Source of the DNA: Hormiphora californensis
Lineage: Eukaryota; Animalia; Ctenophora
Assembly (NCBI GenBank): GCA_020137815.1
Contig: CM035355.1
Span: 5,394,001-5,458,000, forward strand
Reading direction: 5' to 3'
DNA length: 64,000 bases
In this document: positions 30,690-44,190 of the stretch, one piece after another
How the letters are laid out: every line of letters starts with the position of its first letter
Position numbering within the stretch: the stretch's first letter is position 1
The notes under the pieces: generated by a model
Told to the model about the DNA's origin: nothing
Seen by the model: only the letters and a program-made list of their open reading frames with translations
The model's database searches: none
Translations under genes and position numbers: made by a program

Positions 30690-31601
30690 GTTGCTACGGG
30701 TGAAATAGACAATATATTTTTTAATTAGAAAATATGGGTTACGTTAAGTGGCTGGTTTGGAACACGTCGGAAATCTACAGTATTTTCCCAGTGTGTCCCT
30801 GTGCGTCCGGGGACAGGGGCAGCACCCACGGGGCACGGTCAGGGAGCCTGGAGCATCTGGCGTGGGCTGAAACCCCCACAATCCGGGACCGTGGGCGCGG
30901 CCCCAGTGGGGGTGTATGGGGCAGAGCCCCCACGAGCGAGCTGCAAGGTCCAGGGACTGCAAGCCACAGGTCCAGGAGGCAAAATTTGAAAAAGGAACCC
31001 GATTTTTGATTTTCAAAAACTTTCAAATTCAAGGAAAAGGGGAACGAGAAAATAATAAATTATAATAAATTACCCACACACCGTCATACTCTCATACTCC
31101 CTCTCTCTGCTCACTTGTCTCGAAAGTCTACATCTTCCACACTGACTGGGACAACCCCTCTCTTGGTTCCCCGAAGCGCAACAAGAGTTGATCTTAACAA
31201 ACTGAATCGTGTCTTTTCTCGGATGAAGGACATGGAGGCGAGACACTGTGTTGAGACGCGCACAATGCGACGCGCATTTTGGCATTGCGACGCGCACCCT
31301 GTTTTGAATTTCGAGTAAAACTGCCAAAAAAAGTTGAAAAAATTTTGTCTCCAAAAGTTTCAAAATCTTTTTTGTTTGACTTACGGCATGCTTGCGGACG
31401 AAAATAAGTTGGATAACGGTGGAGTAAAATCCCTTTTATGGTCAAATTTTGACTTTTTTGGCAATAACTCTGTCATTTCTTGTCCACATCGCACAATCTT
31501 AGGCTCGTTGGGAAGAGAGTATCGAGGACTTTCCAATGATTAAACGGTCAATAAAGTCAGGGCTAAGGATAAGAAGAATTATCAAGACCATGAATTATAC
31601 T

Positions 31602-31748
31602 CCATTTTTTTTCAACTGTTCACCCCCCAAAGTCGTGCGCGGAATTTTTTTGCGCGTTTATCACATGTTAACGTGTAGCGCGCGCAGCGTAAATTAAAAT
31701 ATTGCACGCGCACGAGTTGAGGGGTGAACAGTTGAATAAAAATGGACT
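31602..31748. mobile_element. Small hairpin MITE
   Basis: TCCATTTTTTTTCAACTGTTCACCCC...GGGGTGAACAGTTGAATAAAAATGGA inverted ends. Confidence 0.65.
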
Positions 31749-32089
31749 TTAACTCTCCTTGTGCCTGTCACAGATCTTCCTGGCCGCTCGCTCCAAAACG
31801 GAAAACGTTAAAATCTGGGTGCCTTTCATTGCTAACAATTCGTAGTTTTAGCGCGCGCGACGGGTTAGGGCTATCCGTTAGGGTCTGGTTAGGGTTTGGT
31901 TTGGGGTTATCGGTTAGGGCTATCGATTTTCTATCAGTTACCGTTTAGTTTACTCAAATTGGCCATGTGGTTGCGTGGCTATAGCCGTTTGAAAAAAGTA
32001 GGTCTAGGTATACTCTCTTGGCAGCGCGCACCTGTAAACACGCTGCAAGGCACCCAGATTATAATCGCGCCCCTCCAAAACCTTCCCTA

Positions 32090-32315
32090 TAAAGTCGGAT
32101 TTTTTGAAACTGTCACCCCCCTGAAATAACAAATTTGTCATATCTCCGGTTCCTGATAAGATAGAGACTTGAAATTTGGAGGTTCGGAAGAACTTAGCAA
32201 GATCTTTATAACCTCCAAATTTCAAGTCTCTATCTCATCAGGAACCGGACTTATGGTCATTTAAAGAAATTTGAAAACTCAGGGGGGGGTGACAGTTTCA
32301 AAAAATCCGACTTTA
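32090..32315. mobile_element. Palindromic MITE (about 225 bp)
   Basis: TAAAGTCGGATTTTTTGAAACTGTCACCCCCCTGA...TCAGGGGGGGGTGACAGTTTCAAAAAATCCGACTTTA, plus an internal stem TCCGGTTCCTGATAAGATAGAGACTTGAAATTTGGAGGTT with its reverse complement. Confidence 0.8.
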
Positions 32316-33889
32316 CTTCTCCGGCAAAACCTCCCGACTTTCAAATTTGAATTTTTGTATCCATATCACTGCGCTAGCCATGTAACAAGCATCAAAATTT
32401 AAATATGCGATGCTTTTAACGCGCGCTTAACATTCAGCTGATCCGAATAAATCGGAACTTTTAAACTTCTTAAAAACGTGAACTTTTCACTTTTGTAATT
32501 TTTCTTGAGCTTTTCGAAATCCGAAATTTGAACTTCCTTTCGAGTCTCGGCGATGGTTTAGCCTTTATTCCGTACTGCGATAGGGGCCTGTAGCATATGC
32601 CAACCAATTTGCATGCGCCGTAGACCCCCTGTGAACACTTTTTGACGGCCTGATACAGGGGAATGTAGTGCAGCGTAGGGAAAATCTGAGTTTTTGAGTC
32701 TCAGCACTCTTATTTTAGGGGTAGGGGCTGGTGTCCGGGTTGGGGTTAGGCATTAAGATGGCTTATGAGATTATGTTAAAATTAGGCAAAACGTATTAGC
32801 CATTTTATTGCATGCCATGCATGGTACTTTTTCACTTTTTTGTTTTTGTATCTGTAAACAGCCCTTTGACTCCCAGATTGTAACGGCGTCCTGCAGTTTA
32901 GGCCTAGTTATCTGTTCACTGTTAAGAGTCGCTTTGATTCTACTGTAAGAGGTAAATTACTGGGCAGTGGTAGAGACTGGAAGTCTTTCAGCGAAAGAGC
33001 TCCGGATGTGGAACCAACCATACAATGTCTTATGTCATCATGTTTTATACTTAACAGTTTACAACATAAAATTGTTGTCAGGCGACAGCACACATGATCA
33101 GTAATCCACCCTCCGTTACTAGGATATGGCATGCATTCTTCGGTCAGTTATTCCTTATATGGTATTATTGTCCATTGTCAGTGGGTGCAGTAAGCTAGAA
33201 GGCACGCTACGATCACAGTGCGAACTCGGCAGAGAGGTGAGAACTCATTTTACACACGCACACACACACACACACACATACACGCTCATACTTTTTGTTT
33301 GAGTACTATTTGAGTTCGGCGTGATCGATATATATTGCTGATTTTTCTCACAGCAAGGATGTTAAAATTGCAAAAGTGAAATATAAGATGGACAGGAAGA
33401 TAAAAAATTGCCCCAAATTAACACTCTAACTACTCTCCGGACAGATTAGAAAACAGGGAGTAAAACTAGAGAATTGTTATTTGGTGTGTGAGGAGCTGTC
33501 AGAATCAACACTCAGCCGAGCAGCATGTTTCCAAGGATGTTTCACTTCAGAAAACAAGGTCTGTTTTTTGTGCATTCAATCGATTCAATCGTTTTTTCTG
33601 TACAGTTTCCATATTATTTTCTATCCTGGTGACGAAACAATATGTAGTTTTATCTTTGTTTATGTTCAACTTTATTTTGTTTTACTGCCATGTATTATTA
33701 TTATTTTAGGTACCGCAAGAGATTACTGAGATAGTGTAATTCATTATTCAATTAACATGCTTTTTTCGCAACTTCTCCGTGCCTCTGGTATCACCGGGGC
33801 TGAGTGGTCTGTGTTCAGAGCCCCTGTGAGACTAATCACTTGCCTCTACCTAACAAACTCCCCATTTTCAGAAGACGTCAGAAGGTTCC

Positions 33890-34270
33890 ATGGTTCTCTA
33901 CAACTACAACGGCAAGACGACCAACATGGATCTCTCTCAGACCGTGATGAGGGTGAAACAGGTTAACGGAAAACTCGTCTACAAGTTAACCCTTAACGGA
34001 GAGGTTATCTCCCGGGACTCAATCAAAATGCAGCCAAATCAGGAGCTCATGTTAACCTACTCTACGGTCTCGTGGAGCTGCTGGAGCTCAAAGGCTGACT
34101 ATGTGCTGACGGTGCTTGCCAGCGCGTGTTTGATCCTCGGTATGATTCTCCTTCTTATGTCGTGTTACGATGACTGTAGGAAGTGTGAGGAGAATGATTC
34201 TGAGCAGCAGCAGTTGGAGAATAAGTGGGATGAGAAGAAGCTGCCACTGTTGGAGTCGTATGTCGTGTGA
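33890..34270 (+). CDS. Small single-pass membrane protein of unknown family (126 aa)
   Basis: Coding-like composition, TM segment VLTVLASACLILGMILLLM, Cys-rich juxtamembrane region, C-terminal dileucine-like DEKKLPLL, and an acceptor TTTTCAG 18 nt upstream of the ATG. Confidence 0.6.
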   Translation: MVLYNYNGKTTNMDLSQTVMRVKQVNGKLVYKLTLNGEVISRDSIKMQPNQELMLTYSTVSWSCWSSKADYVLTVLASACLILGMILLLMSCYDDCRKCEENDSEQQQLENKWDEKKLPLLESYVV

Positions 34271-34670
34271 TGTATAATTGGAATTTGAAATCTCACTCAG
34301 AGACACAGTTAAATCATTGTCAGACAGTTAGTTTTTTGTTTCGTGTGTGTTTGTTTTCGACAAAAGAGATGTCGCTATAAACTCGATAGTAATGGACGAT
34401 GATGAGAATGCTACAACAGAGTCGATTAATATATTGTTTTTATAATAAGTGGATTAAAGTTATTTAAAACGACAATAAATGTCTTTTTCTCCAAAATGTC
34501 TCTTCCGGTTGCCCCATTTATACCACTTCCGGCTGCCCTATGATATAACAAAACTCCTCGTCCCTAATAAAATCTTACCCCTAAAACCCCACACCTCACT
34601 AACTACTACCCTACCCCCTATCACTACAGCTATTAACCACTACCCACCATTTAACCACTAACTGCAGGAC

Positions 34671-36215
34671 ATGACCACGGCTGGATCCGGGGGTCTCCGC
34701 GATGATGTCCGTCGGATTATTGTCAGTGATATCTTCCGTCCTCTCCACAATAAGGGAGAGTGGAAGGTAATGCCGGTTATTTGGATAATTGGGTGAATTA
34801 ATTAGTAGATGAATTAATTAATTGGATGAACAAGTTGTTGTTTCGCCATTCAATATTCCCTTCTTCCAAGCTCTCATTCTATACTGTCACTGTATTGTTT
34901 GTGCCTGATTAATATTATAACTGTTACATTTCCAGGTTCTGGTGGTGGATGAGTTGGCATTGAAGATTGTCAACTCGTGTCTGAAACTAACTGAGATAGT
35001 CAACAATGGCATTACACTCATAGAGGTAAATTAGAAGCTGCTAAGCTTATAACAGTAGGGCCCCGGGATACTGCTGCATACTTGCACGAAATCAGGGCTG
35101 AATTATTTCGGCGGGAAAGTTTTCTTTCTGGTAAAGTAGGGCCAGGGTCCAAAAGTTCTCGCTGCTAACCTACTTAGGATGATTTCCCGGTTTGGATATA
35201 TGAAACTTAGTTTTCTCCCCTAACTTAAAGAAATATAGGTGTATATCATTGGTAAATGGTAATGTATACAACATGGAGAGTTAGACCTCATGAAACTACT
35301 AAATTGTAGAGTTCATAGACTAGTAGTAATCCGGCAGTAATCCTGGATAATATGTGAAACACATCACGCCATGGGGTCTTGGTTTTATCACGTCACCAAG
35401 CGAGGGCGTACCGCCCTGTTGGATGCCCTAATATAAATTGAAGTTTTCGTTAAAAAGGTGCCATGGGACCACATTCTCGTTGAGAAACCTATGTCAATGA
35501 TGATTTCGGCGGAAAAGTTTACTTTCCGGTACAGTAGGTTCTGAAAGTTCTCGCCGCTAACATACTTTGCCTGGGTAGACTTCAATTGTATACAAACAGT
35601 TACATGTAGGATAATGAAGTTTTGATAAATTCGTTTGCATACATGTTTCATGAATAAGTCATAGTGTGTGAGAGAGACAGTAATAAAGCACACAAATAGA
35701 ACACCACCAGTGTGTATTGTGTGCAATATGGTATTTCAGGCATTTGTACACTGTCACGTTACTCCTCTAAGCACATGGTATTTCAGGCAGTTGTACACTC
35801 ACATTACTTTTCCTCCTCACTACAAAAACAGTATGGACCACCACAGGAAATGTACACACAGCACACAATGTCTCTTTCTCTCTATAACTAAATTTCTCTC
35901 TCTCTCTCTCTCCCCCTTTTTCTCTATTTCTCTCACATGTACATTGTGCCAAATAGTGCCAGGGAATGTCACGGCTCACGCTAGGGATGTCGGTGTAACT
36001 GGTTTTCCTATTTCCTATTCACATGTTCCAATATATCGGTAACACTCGGTAACATGTTCTAATATCAATAAGTTCACTATCTATTGAAGGAGAGGTTCAC
36101 TGCTTCAGATGGTTTGAGCTATATTTTCCTCATACTCTTAACTCTAGCTTCTCGAATAACGGACAGCTGGTACTCAAATAAAACTCATGTTGTCTCTCTC
36201 TCTCTCTATCTCTCT

Positions 36216-36276
<61 letters not shown>

Positions 36277-36280
36277 ATCT

Positions 36281-36347
<67 letters not shown>

Positions 36348-39300
36348 TTCTATCATTTCATTACTCCGACACAAAAAGAGCATCTGGTGCCCAGCACACA
36401 TCTTAGTACCACTACTTAGTAGCTGTTAAAAGGTGACGTGTAGTTAGAACTAAACAGCTCTCAAGGTGGCCTAAGTAGATCAAAGTATGCAGTGAGAAAG
36501 ATGGAGGTAACCTTTGATATAAGGTGCTATATTATGTCCAAGATTATACCAAACTAAACTAAATATCACTTGAACATCTTGTCCCAAAGATCTAGGCAGA
36601 TAAGATAAATCATTATATTTCTCTTTTACTAAATCTGAACCATACGATACACCTTGTGTGAATCCATAGCATGGAGTTAAGTCACATACAAGATAAAATA
36701 ATCTTTGTTTCTCTTTTACTAAATCCAATCCACACAGACAAGATAAAATACTCTTTGTTTCTCTTTTACACATCCACACACCTTGTACAGAGTATCTACA
36801 AACCAGATAAAAATGGAGAAAAGAGAAGCAGACAGCCGCTTACCCTACCTTGACGCAGTGTACTTTCTCCGTCCGACCCGTGAGAATCTGGACGTGATAA
36901 TGGGGGATTTCGGGAGCTCAAAGGTAAGCTTAATTCTCGAATCTGTCATTTGAGTATTTTCTTTGGGATGGAAAGAGAGATGGAGAGAGAGAGTAGAGAG
37001 AGAGAGATCATATTTGCCCCCAATATCTCGCTCGAACTACCAAAGCCCATACTCTGCCCTCTTCCTCTCTCTCAACCTATTAGCTCACTCTTGTCCCCCT
37101 TGTTTTGCATCTTCGCCTCTCTCTCCCTTTTTTTTTTTTTGTTTGTTGAGCCTGTTTTTCGAGCCCTCCCCCTTTTAAGTCCAACCTACCACTTGTCTGT
37201 TCCCAGAGAACATCAAACAGAAAACCTAATCAAAGTAAAATTTTTTTTCACTGAACCCTTATTGAGGCACGACCAACTTTGCCCAACTGATCAGCAAATA
37301 ATTATCAAACCAGTAAGTTTGAATGTGAAATACATTTTTGGGTTTTTTGGAAAGGTCGCAGCCCAAACACTGAGCAGCAGTTTGTTCAAAAACCATTTTA
37401 AACTTTAAACTGTTTAAATAACAACTTCCGTTTCAGGGCCCGGGGGAAGTTGCTTTCCCTGTTGAAAAGAGTATCTCCCTGGAGAACAAGGCATCCTACG
37501 CAGACTATTTTTCCGAGAGGGGTGGTGGAGAGAAGAGGGAGGAGAAGTTAGATCAGATCGCAGAACAGTTGGTTAGTATTAATTGTAGAATAGTTGGTTA
37601 GTAACATGGGGGGCGTGGGGGGCAGGGGAGTCAGGCTTAATGCACTGACAGACTCTTCGTATAATCCATGCTTTGCCAAATAAAGGCGTAATTTGGATGT
37701 GGCCAGGGCCGGGGGAGGTTAAGTTTTTAAAGAGTCCATAATTTTGAAGAGTATCCGGAGTATCATCTTTTGCTACCGCTGTTTCCTTTTTGTGTGTGTG
37801 TTGTTCACAAATTTAAAGCACACCGCGATTTTAGGCTCTGAAATTATTGCTGCTAGTGTAATACACTTAGGACACACTCAATCTGTCACATATATCCTGG
37901 TTAGATTTCACTTTCTTCCCCCACTCTCTCTCTCTCCTCTCTCTCTCTCCTCTCAGTCTCTCGGTCGTGCCTCAGTCTGGGCTCGTCTCTCTCTCTCACT
38001 CTCTCCTCTCTCCTGCTCAGGTCGTCTCTCTCTTCTCCTCTCTCCTTTCCCCTTTTTTTTCCTCTCTTTGGACTGTGTGTGCAGCGCTGTGCGATACGCC
38101 CTGCCCCAAAGTTCGCTACTGTAGCACCAGCGTTCGGTCAGTGAAGCAACTCGCTGAGAAGGTGCAGAAAAAACTTGGTAAGAAGCACTTAATGTTTTAA
38201 TTTGGTAAGAACTTGAAGCATAATATTTTAACTGGGTAAGAACCCAAAAATTTTTAATTTGAAATTTGGAAAGTCTTGTTACATTTTTTTTTACTTTACA
38301 TATTTTTTTTTGGGGCATTTGTATTTTGTAAACTTAGTCTTATTCGTTATGTTCTATTTGCATATATTGAAAGTCATTAGTCACCCATTGCCTTCACAAG
38401 TAGACTTGTAACACAAAATTTCCCCGAAATAAAAAACAGAAGGGTGAAGGGGACCAAACAACCGACAAAACCCTCAACCGGACCGGGGCGACCCGTCCAC
38501 CCCCACGTCATTTTCCAGGCTAGGGCAGACGCCCAAATTTTAATTGGGGGTTATACCAATGGGAATTGATATCAAACCTTATTAAAAACTGAACTGGGCC
38601 CCCCCCTAAATTGAAATTTAAGTTGTGTGAGGCTGAGGTAGTTGACAATGCACACTCTCCAGCTCCAAAATTATTAATTATGTCAAGACCGGCCTGAGAC
38701 CTGAGGCCTCTTTGTGTTGTGTGTATTGCGTTTGTATTGTGGGAATGTTGAGGCTGGGGATGGGACTGGAGCCCGCCCGTTTCCGTGATTAAAAAAAACC
38801 CCAAAAAAAAAAAAAAATAAAAAAAACCCCCTTAAAAAGGGTTTCCCTTTTTCCCGGGCCCAATTATTTTAAACTCTCTCCTCTCTTCTCCTCTCTCTCC
38901 CTCTCTTTTTCTCCCCCTCTCCCCTTTTCCTCTCCTTTTTTCCCTCCCCCCCCCCCCTTTCTCCTCCGCCCCTTTCTCTCTCCCTCTCTCTCTCTCTCTT
39001 TAGCCCCTTTTTTTCTCTCTCGGGATTCGCTTCTTAGGCTCGGGGTTTTTCTCCCCTTTTGGCTTTCTCCCCTCTGGGGGTTTTTTCCTTTTTACCCGTT
39101 TCTTTTCTAAACCCCCCCCCCCCCCGGTTTTTGCTTAATTCCTTTTCCCCTTTCCCCCGCCATGTGAAAAATTTTCTAAAAGGAATGGAAATTTTTTCAA
39201 AATCATGTAGAAAAAGATCGGGTTTTTTTTATTTGCCGTATTCAATGAGGCTAAAAGTCCAACTCCCTAATTTATTTAATCTATATCCTTTCCCCGCTTT

Positions 39301-42300
39301 CGGGAAATACTACTAACGACTTGTAGAACTGACGTACCTATCTCAGCTTCACGTGCACACTAAACATGCAAATTCTTAAAAAACCTGGTTGAACTTTTTC
39401 ACTTTGTGCAAACCATATTTCAATCGGGTGAAAGGTGATGATTTTAGATGAAATTTATGCTCAGTGCAGTGAAATTAAAGGGAAATAACCAGTAGGGCCT
39501 AATTTTTCCCCTGCCCAATAATTTTCCCACGGGTCCAAAAAAAGTTAACACCCAGGGAAAAGGGCTTTTTTAACGTGTTTTGTAATTGTTAATTATTTTA
39601 GATAGAATCTGGTATTAGCACGTTATGTGTTGTCATGGTAAGTTACCATTGGTAACTCTAGATAGTACGGCGTCAAATACTGTTCAAATCCTATATCGGG
39701 AGAAGTTTTTCCTCCCGGTAAATCGGGTCCCGGTAAATCGTGGTTCCGGTAAATCGGGGTCCCGGTAAATCGGAGTCTGACCGTAACTCAATGTGTTTTT
39801 CTTTTCAGCCTCAGCAGGACCAAAGATTGACCCCGAATCGAACATCTTGAAGTATGATCACGAGGTAGGTCAATGACACACTCCCATAGTTTGTTTTCGG
39901 TTCCGACCCAGAGAATAGATGGGACACCCTGTATATATACTAGTACAGTCGGACCCCGATTTACCGGGATGCTCGGGGGAAAGGGTTTTGCCCGGTAAAT
40001 CGGGGTGCCCGGTATATCGGGGTGAAATACCGTAAATTTCCTATATCGGGGGAAGTTTACCCTTCCGGTAAATCGGGGTTCCGGTAAATCGGGGCCCGGT
40101 AAATCGGGGTCCGACTGTAGTAGAACTTGGGCGATCGTACTGATCGCAAACCAAAGGATCTGTATCTGTCTCTCTTTCTCCCTCTAGTTAGATTACAGTC
40201 TATGTTAACCTCTTTCCTATGAATATGAATATGTATTGGGAATGCGGCGAGCACACAATGCGCAAAGTAAATATTCAAACGTGTAGCTTTGATCTTGTGT
40301 TATATGCTTACAGCTTGGGTCATTTCATATAGCAAGCTTCAATGCTGTGCACAAAAGAAATGAGTTAATCTCTCTTTTTTTCTCTCTCTCTCGATCCGGA
40401 GCGAGACGCTCTCGAGCGCGGCTCGCGCCTCTCTCTTCGAGAGAGACGAGCGCTTCTCTCTATACAGGGTCGATCTCTTACTCTCCTCTATCTAACCATC
40501 TCTCCCCCTCCCTCTTCTCTCCTTCCTCCCTCTCTCTCTCTCTATCCAGGTAATTCTTGAACCGGAGAACGAACTTTGGAGAGAACTACGCCATCTTCAC
40601 ATAGGGCAGGCCCTTCCCGTGGTTACGGACAAAGCTAAGAGGCTATTCGAAAGGTTCAATGTGAGTCTGGCTCGAGTTTAAAATAAACATAATAAATGTG
40701 CTCTCTTCTACCCTGCTGAGTCTGGCGCCAGTTTAATTTAAACTTGCTCTCTTCTATCTTTCAGCTACAACCATAGAACTGAATTAACCACTGAATTAAC
40801 CACTAAATTAACCACTCCAAATTAACCACTCCAAATTAACCACTCCAAATTAACCACTCCAAATTAACTCACAGTCGATAAAGAACAAGGGTGCTGGTGA
40901 CAAAACCCATATGACGGATATGAAAAGCATGTTGAACCAAATGCCAAACTATAAGCGGGAGGAGCAGAACTGTACTGCTTTTGTGCAACTGGCTGAGGAC
41001 TGCTACAACTTGTATAACTCAGGTAATAAATTGGATTTATCGATAAATTATGCAGTAACCCTGATCATGTTAAATTCAACATGTTGAGTATGTTGAGTAT
41101 GTTGAGTATAACATGATTGGGCTACCATGTGGTAAGATGTGGTCTGTATCTGTGTATGTGGTCTGTAGATCTGTGTATAAAACATGCAGAATTCCAGTGC
41201 ATGTTAACTTGTCCATGATTTTCATCTAATCACTAACTCTCTCTCTCTCAGGTACTGCAGTCAAGCAGATTGTACATCTAGAGCAGGAACTTGCCACCGG
41301 GCTAAATGAGAAGGGAGAACCGATCGACTCCAAGATGTCGGGATGTGTTAGTGTGTTTGTAAATAGCCCCTCCGGAGATGGTCTCCTGTACACTCCCTAC
41401 GAGAAATTGAGAGTCCTCATCCTGTATCTTCTCAATAAAATGAGTAAGTTTCTTTCTTTTTTTTAATCGCAGGTGCGCCTCATGGTTGTTATGTGGGGCA
41501 CGCGAAACACAGTCTAGCTAGGCAACCTCATGGGTCGCTTGGGGATATAATTTATCTATTATATGCGCTTGGGACTGAAATTTCTATCCGAGGCCACTTG
41601 CAGCAATTTATCTTTATCTTCTTTGTTATGCCGCATGAAATGACTGTTCATTCTAATGTGGAGTCACAACAAGTGAATTCACGAAGGAGAGAAAAAAGAG
41701 GGGGGGGGGGGCGTAGGGAAAGCTTAAAGTGCACGAAAACGAAGGTTGGAATAATTTCTAAACAAATTGTATGTATGTATAACATTCCTTGGTGTCCAAT
41801 TAAAAGTTTGGTGAAAAGATGACGTCTCAATGTTGTGTTTGAAATTCATTGATAACTAGGAAATTGCGAATACCATTGTTCTCGTACAAAGCGGCATCCC
41901 CTCAATAGATCCCTTTCTCGCACAATGGCCGCTCTCCCCCGTGTATTAATCGACTCGAGTGTTATATAATGTGTAATTTACACATAACACACCACACTCG
42001 AGCCGATTACTACATAACACAGCTGCATCCAGCTGTATAGGCAGGAGTAAATAGTTATCATCAGTGATATATTATCAACTAAAACCCCTTTCGTTTTCAG
42101 AAATGGGGGATCCAATGAAAGGTGAAAGTTTGTCGAGGTTGATCACCCGAGCTGACATAAAGAATGAGGGTGAGGCTGTACAGACGATCAAGAAGATGGG
42201 AATAGATATAATTGGGGATCTGCAGAACAAGAGAAATGTAAGAGAATGTTTTAGATACAATTGGATAACTTATATTGGTAAAGTAAAACTTTTACGTCTT

Positions 42301-43285
42301 AGTGAAAGAAGCCTCCCGATAACTCTTTAATCAACTACACTACCTAGTACCTACTACGTACACAAAATACTCGTTATGTTCTAACACAGTCTAGCTAGGC
42401 AACAAAATACTAGGTCCTCCTGCTCTATCTAAAACATCTCCATCTAATCTATCTATCCCCCTCCCTCCTTCCCAAAGGTGCCCCCAAGAAGGAACGGACA
42501 CCAGGAGGACACATTCGTCACCTCAAGATGGGTCCCTGTTGTACAGGATATCATGGATGCTGTCCTAATTGATAGGAATCTAGACACTAATTCTTATCCA
42601 CATGTTGCACGGGAATCCCAGGTATAATAATAGGGATTATTTAAAGTATTGGGGGTGAGGGATATATCAGGACTCAGTAGTTGTATGTGAAATGTAACAT
42701 GATCTTTAACAAGATTATACTGTTGAGTTTCGGGTATTTTTATAAACGATCTTTCTCTCTTTTCCAGGCATCTGCGGATGTTGACGTGGGTGTCAAATCT
42801 CTCCGAGGACAGGGTACCAGACAGCCGGCCATAGCTGCTGGTCGGAGTACTGGTCCCAAGCTAATAATCTATGTGATGGGAAGTCTTAGCTACGCAGAAA
42901 TGAGATGTGCACATAATGTGAGTTGTAATAGAATTATTACTGTCGTCGTAATATAATTATTACTGAGATAGACAGCCAGTGGGATCGGAAGTGGGCGGCA
43001 ACAAAGGAATTACTGAGATGTATTATATCACCGTGTTTTCTTGAATAATATAATTTATTATAATATAATATAATATTATCTAGTCTTATTCAATCAATGA
43101 ATCTTGTGAGAAGTTGTTGTAATAAATCTAGTGATATCCAACGGAGAAAGTATTATCTAACTTGTATCCATCCCAGGCAAGCCGGCGAACAAATCAAACA
43201 AGATTTGGGCACGAAGTGATCATTGGAAGCTGATATGATCCTAACTCCGGAGAAATACATCGACGAGCTTGTGAAACTGCAGTAG
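34671..43285 (+). CDS. STXBP1: Sec1/Munc18 family syntaxin-binding protein (Munc18/unc-18/Rop type), multi-exon; middle exons garbled; +1 frameshifts near 36839 and 43230
   Basis: GEWK|VLVVDELALKIVNSCLKLTEIVNNGITLIE, RQPLPYLDAVYFLRP, EKLDQIAEQL, PKVRY, LWRELRHLHI, MLNQMPNY, VQLAEDC, LEQELATG, YEKLRVLILY, TSRWVPVVQDIMD, KLIIYVMGSLSYAEMRCAH, EVIIGS..ILTPEKYI. Exons start at about 34671, 34936, 36791, 37200-37570, 38085, 39809, 40550, 40874, 41252, 42101, 42478, 42768 and 43177. Confidence 0.9.
39946..40117. mobile_element. TA-targeting MITE (Tc1/pogo-like) built from CCGGTAAATCGGGG sub-repeats
   Basis: TA|CAGTCGGACCCCGATTTACCGGG...CCCGGTAAATCGGGGTCCGACTG|TA. Partial copies at 39690-39785, 15661-15685 and 10736-10815. 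Confidence 0.88.
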
Positions 43286-44190
43286 AGAGAAAGAGATAGA
43301 GAGATAGAGAGATAGAGAGATAGACATTGATTATCTCTTGACGAATGCAGTGTGAATATTATGTATAACGGGATGAACCGTTTAACAGCTGTAGTCTCTA
43401 GTTTTCTGTTCATTAGAGGCAGGCTCTCTAATCACCTTGATGTGTTGACCATTATCAACCCACCAGTCATTATCAATTTCACGCTCTTTATTTTGTTATG
43501 CATAACCTGATTCAATTGATTGTTTTTTGTTCGACTCAATAACTCCGAAATGGCCGTGTTTTGTTTCTCGTGTGGGAGAGATAATTTGTCGAAATACCCC
43601 GTTGACGTCGCGCGCGGTACGAAGCCTACAATGAAAGTACGCCAGTTCAGCGCCCGTGGGCAATAAACGCGCAAAACTGTTTTGCGCTCATGAGTGCGGA
43701 CTGCGGGGCCGCGCGGTAGGAAAGTAAATTTCTAAAAACTTGGAATTTTCATTTTGCTGAAAAGTAAAAAATCAGAAAAAGTTGTTCAAGAAGATTTCGA
43801 TTTTCGTCTCAATTGCAAGAGTTTGTCGAGTTTTGACATACTACAGTCTTTAAACACACATACGGTGCAAAAATCGTTCATTTCCACTATTTTGGTCTGC
43901 TGAGAAATTGCATTGACCTCGATTATCGAGTCGCCCCCTTCCCGTTGTCCCATCGGATGGCACTGAGATGTTTCTACATTCACTTAATTCTTGTTCATCA
44001 ATGATTAAAGTTTGTAGATCTTATAACTGGTACGGATTTATATCCCAAAATTGCCCGGAATGCTGATGGCTCCATGCCTGCTACCGGTACCACCCCATGC
44101 TTCAGTAGTGCTATTGAATTGTTTAGTCGGGGTTTAGTCTCGCAGTTTTAAGTTCAATAGTCTTACCATAAACCTTCATTTTAGGGTAAA

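Noticed and set aside
35050-35600. Degenerate direct repeats in Munc18 intron 2
   Set aside because: Probably a transposon remnant, but termini and TSD could not be defined.
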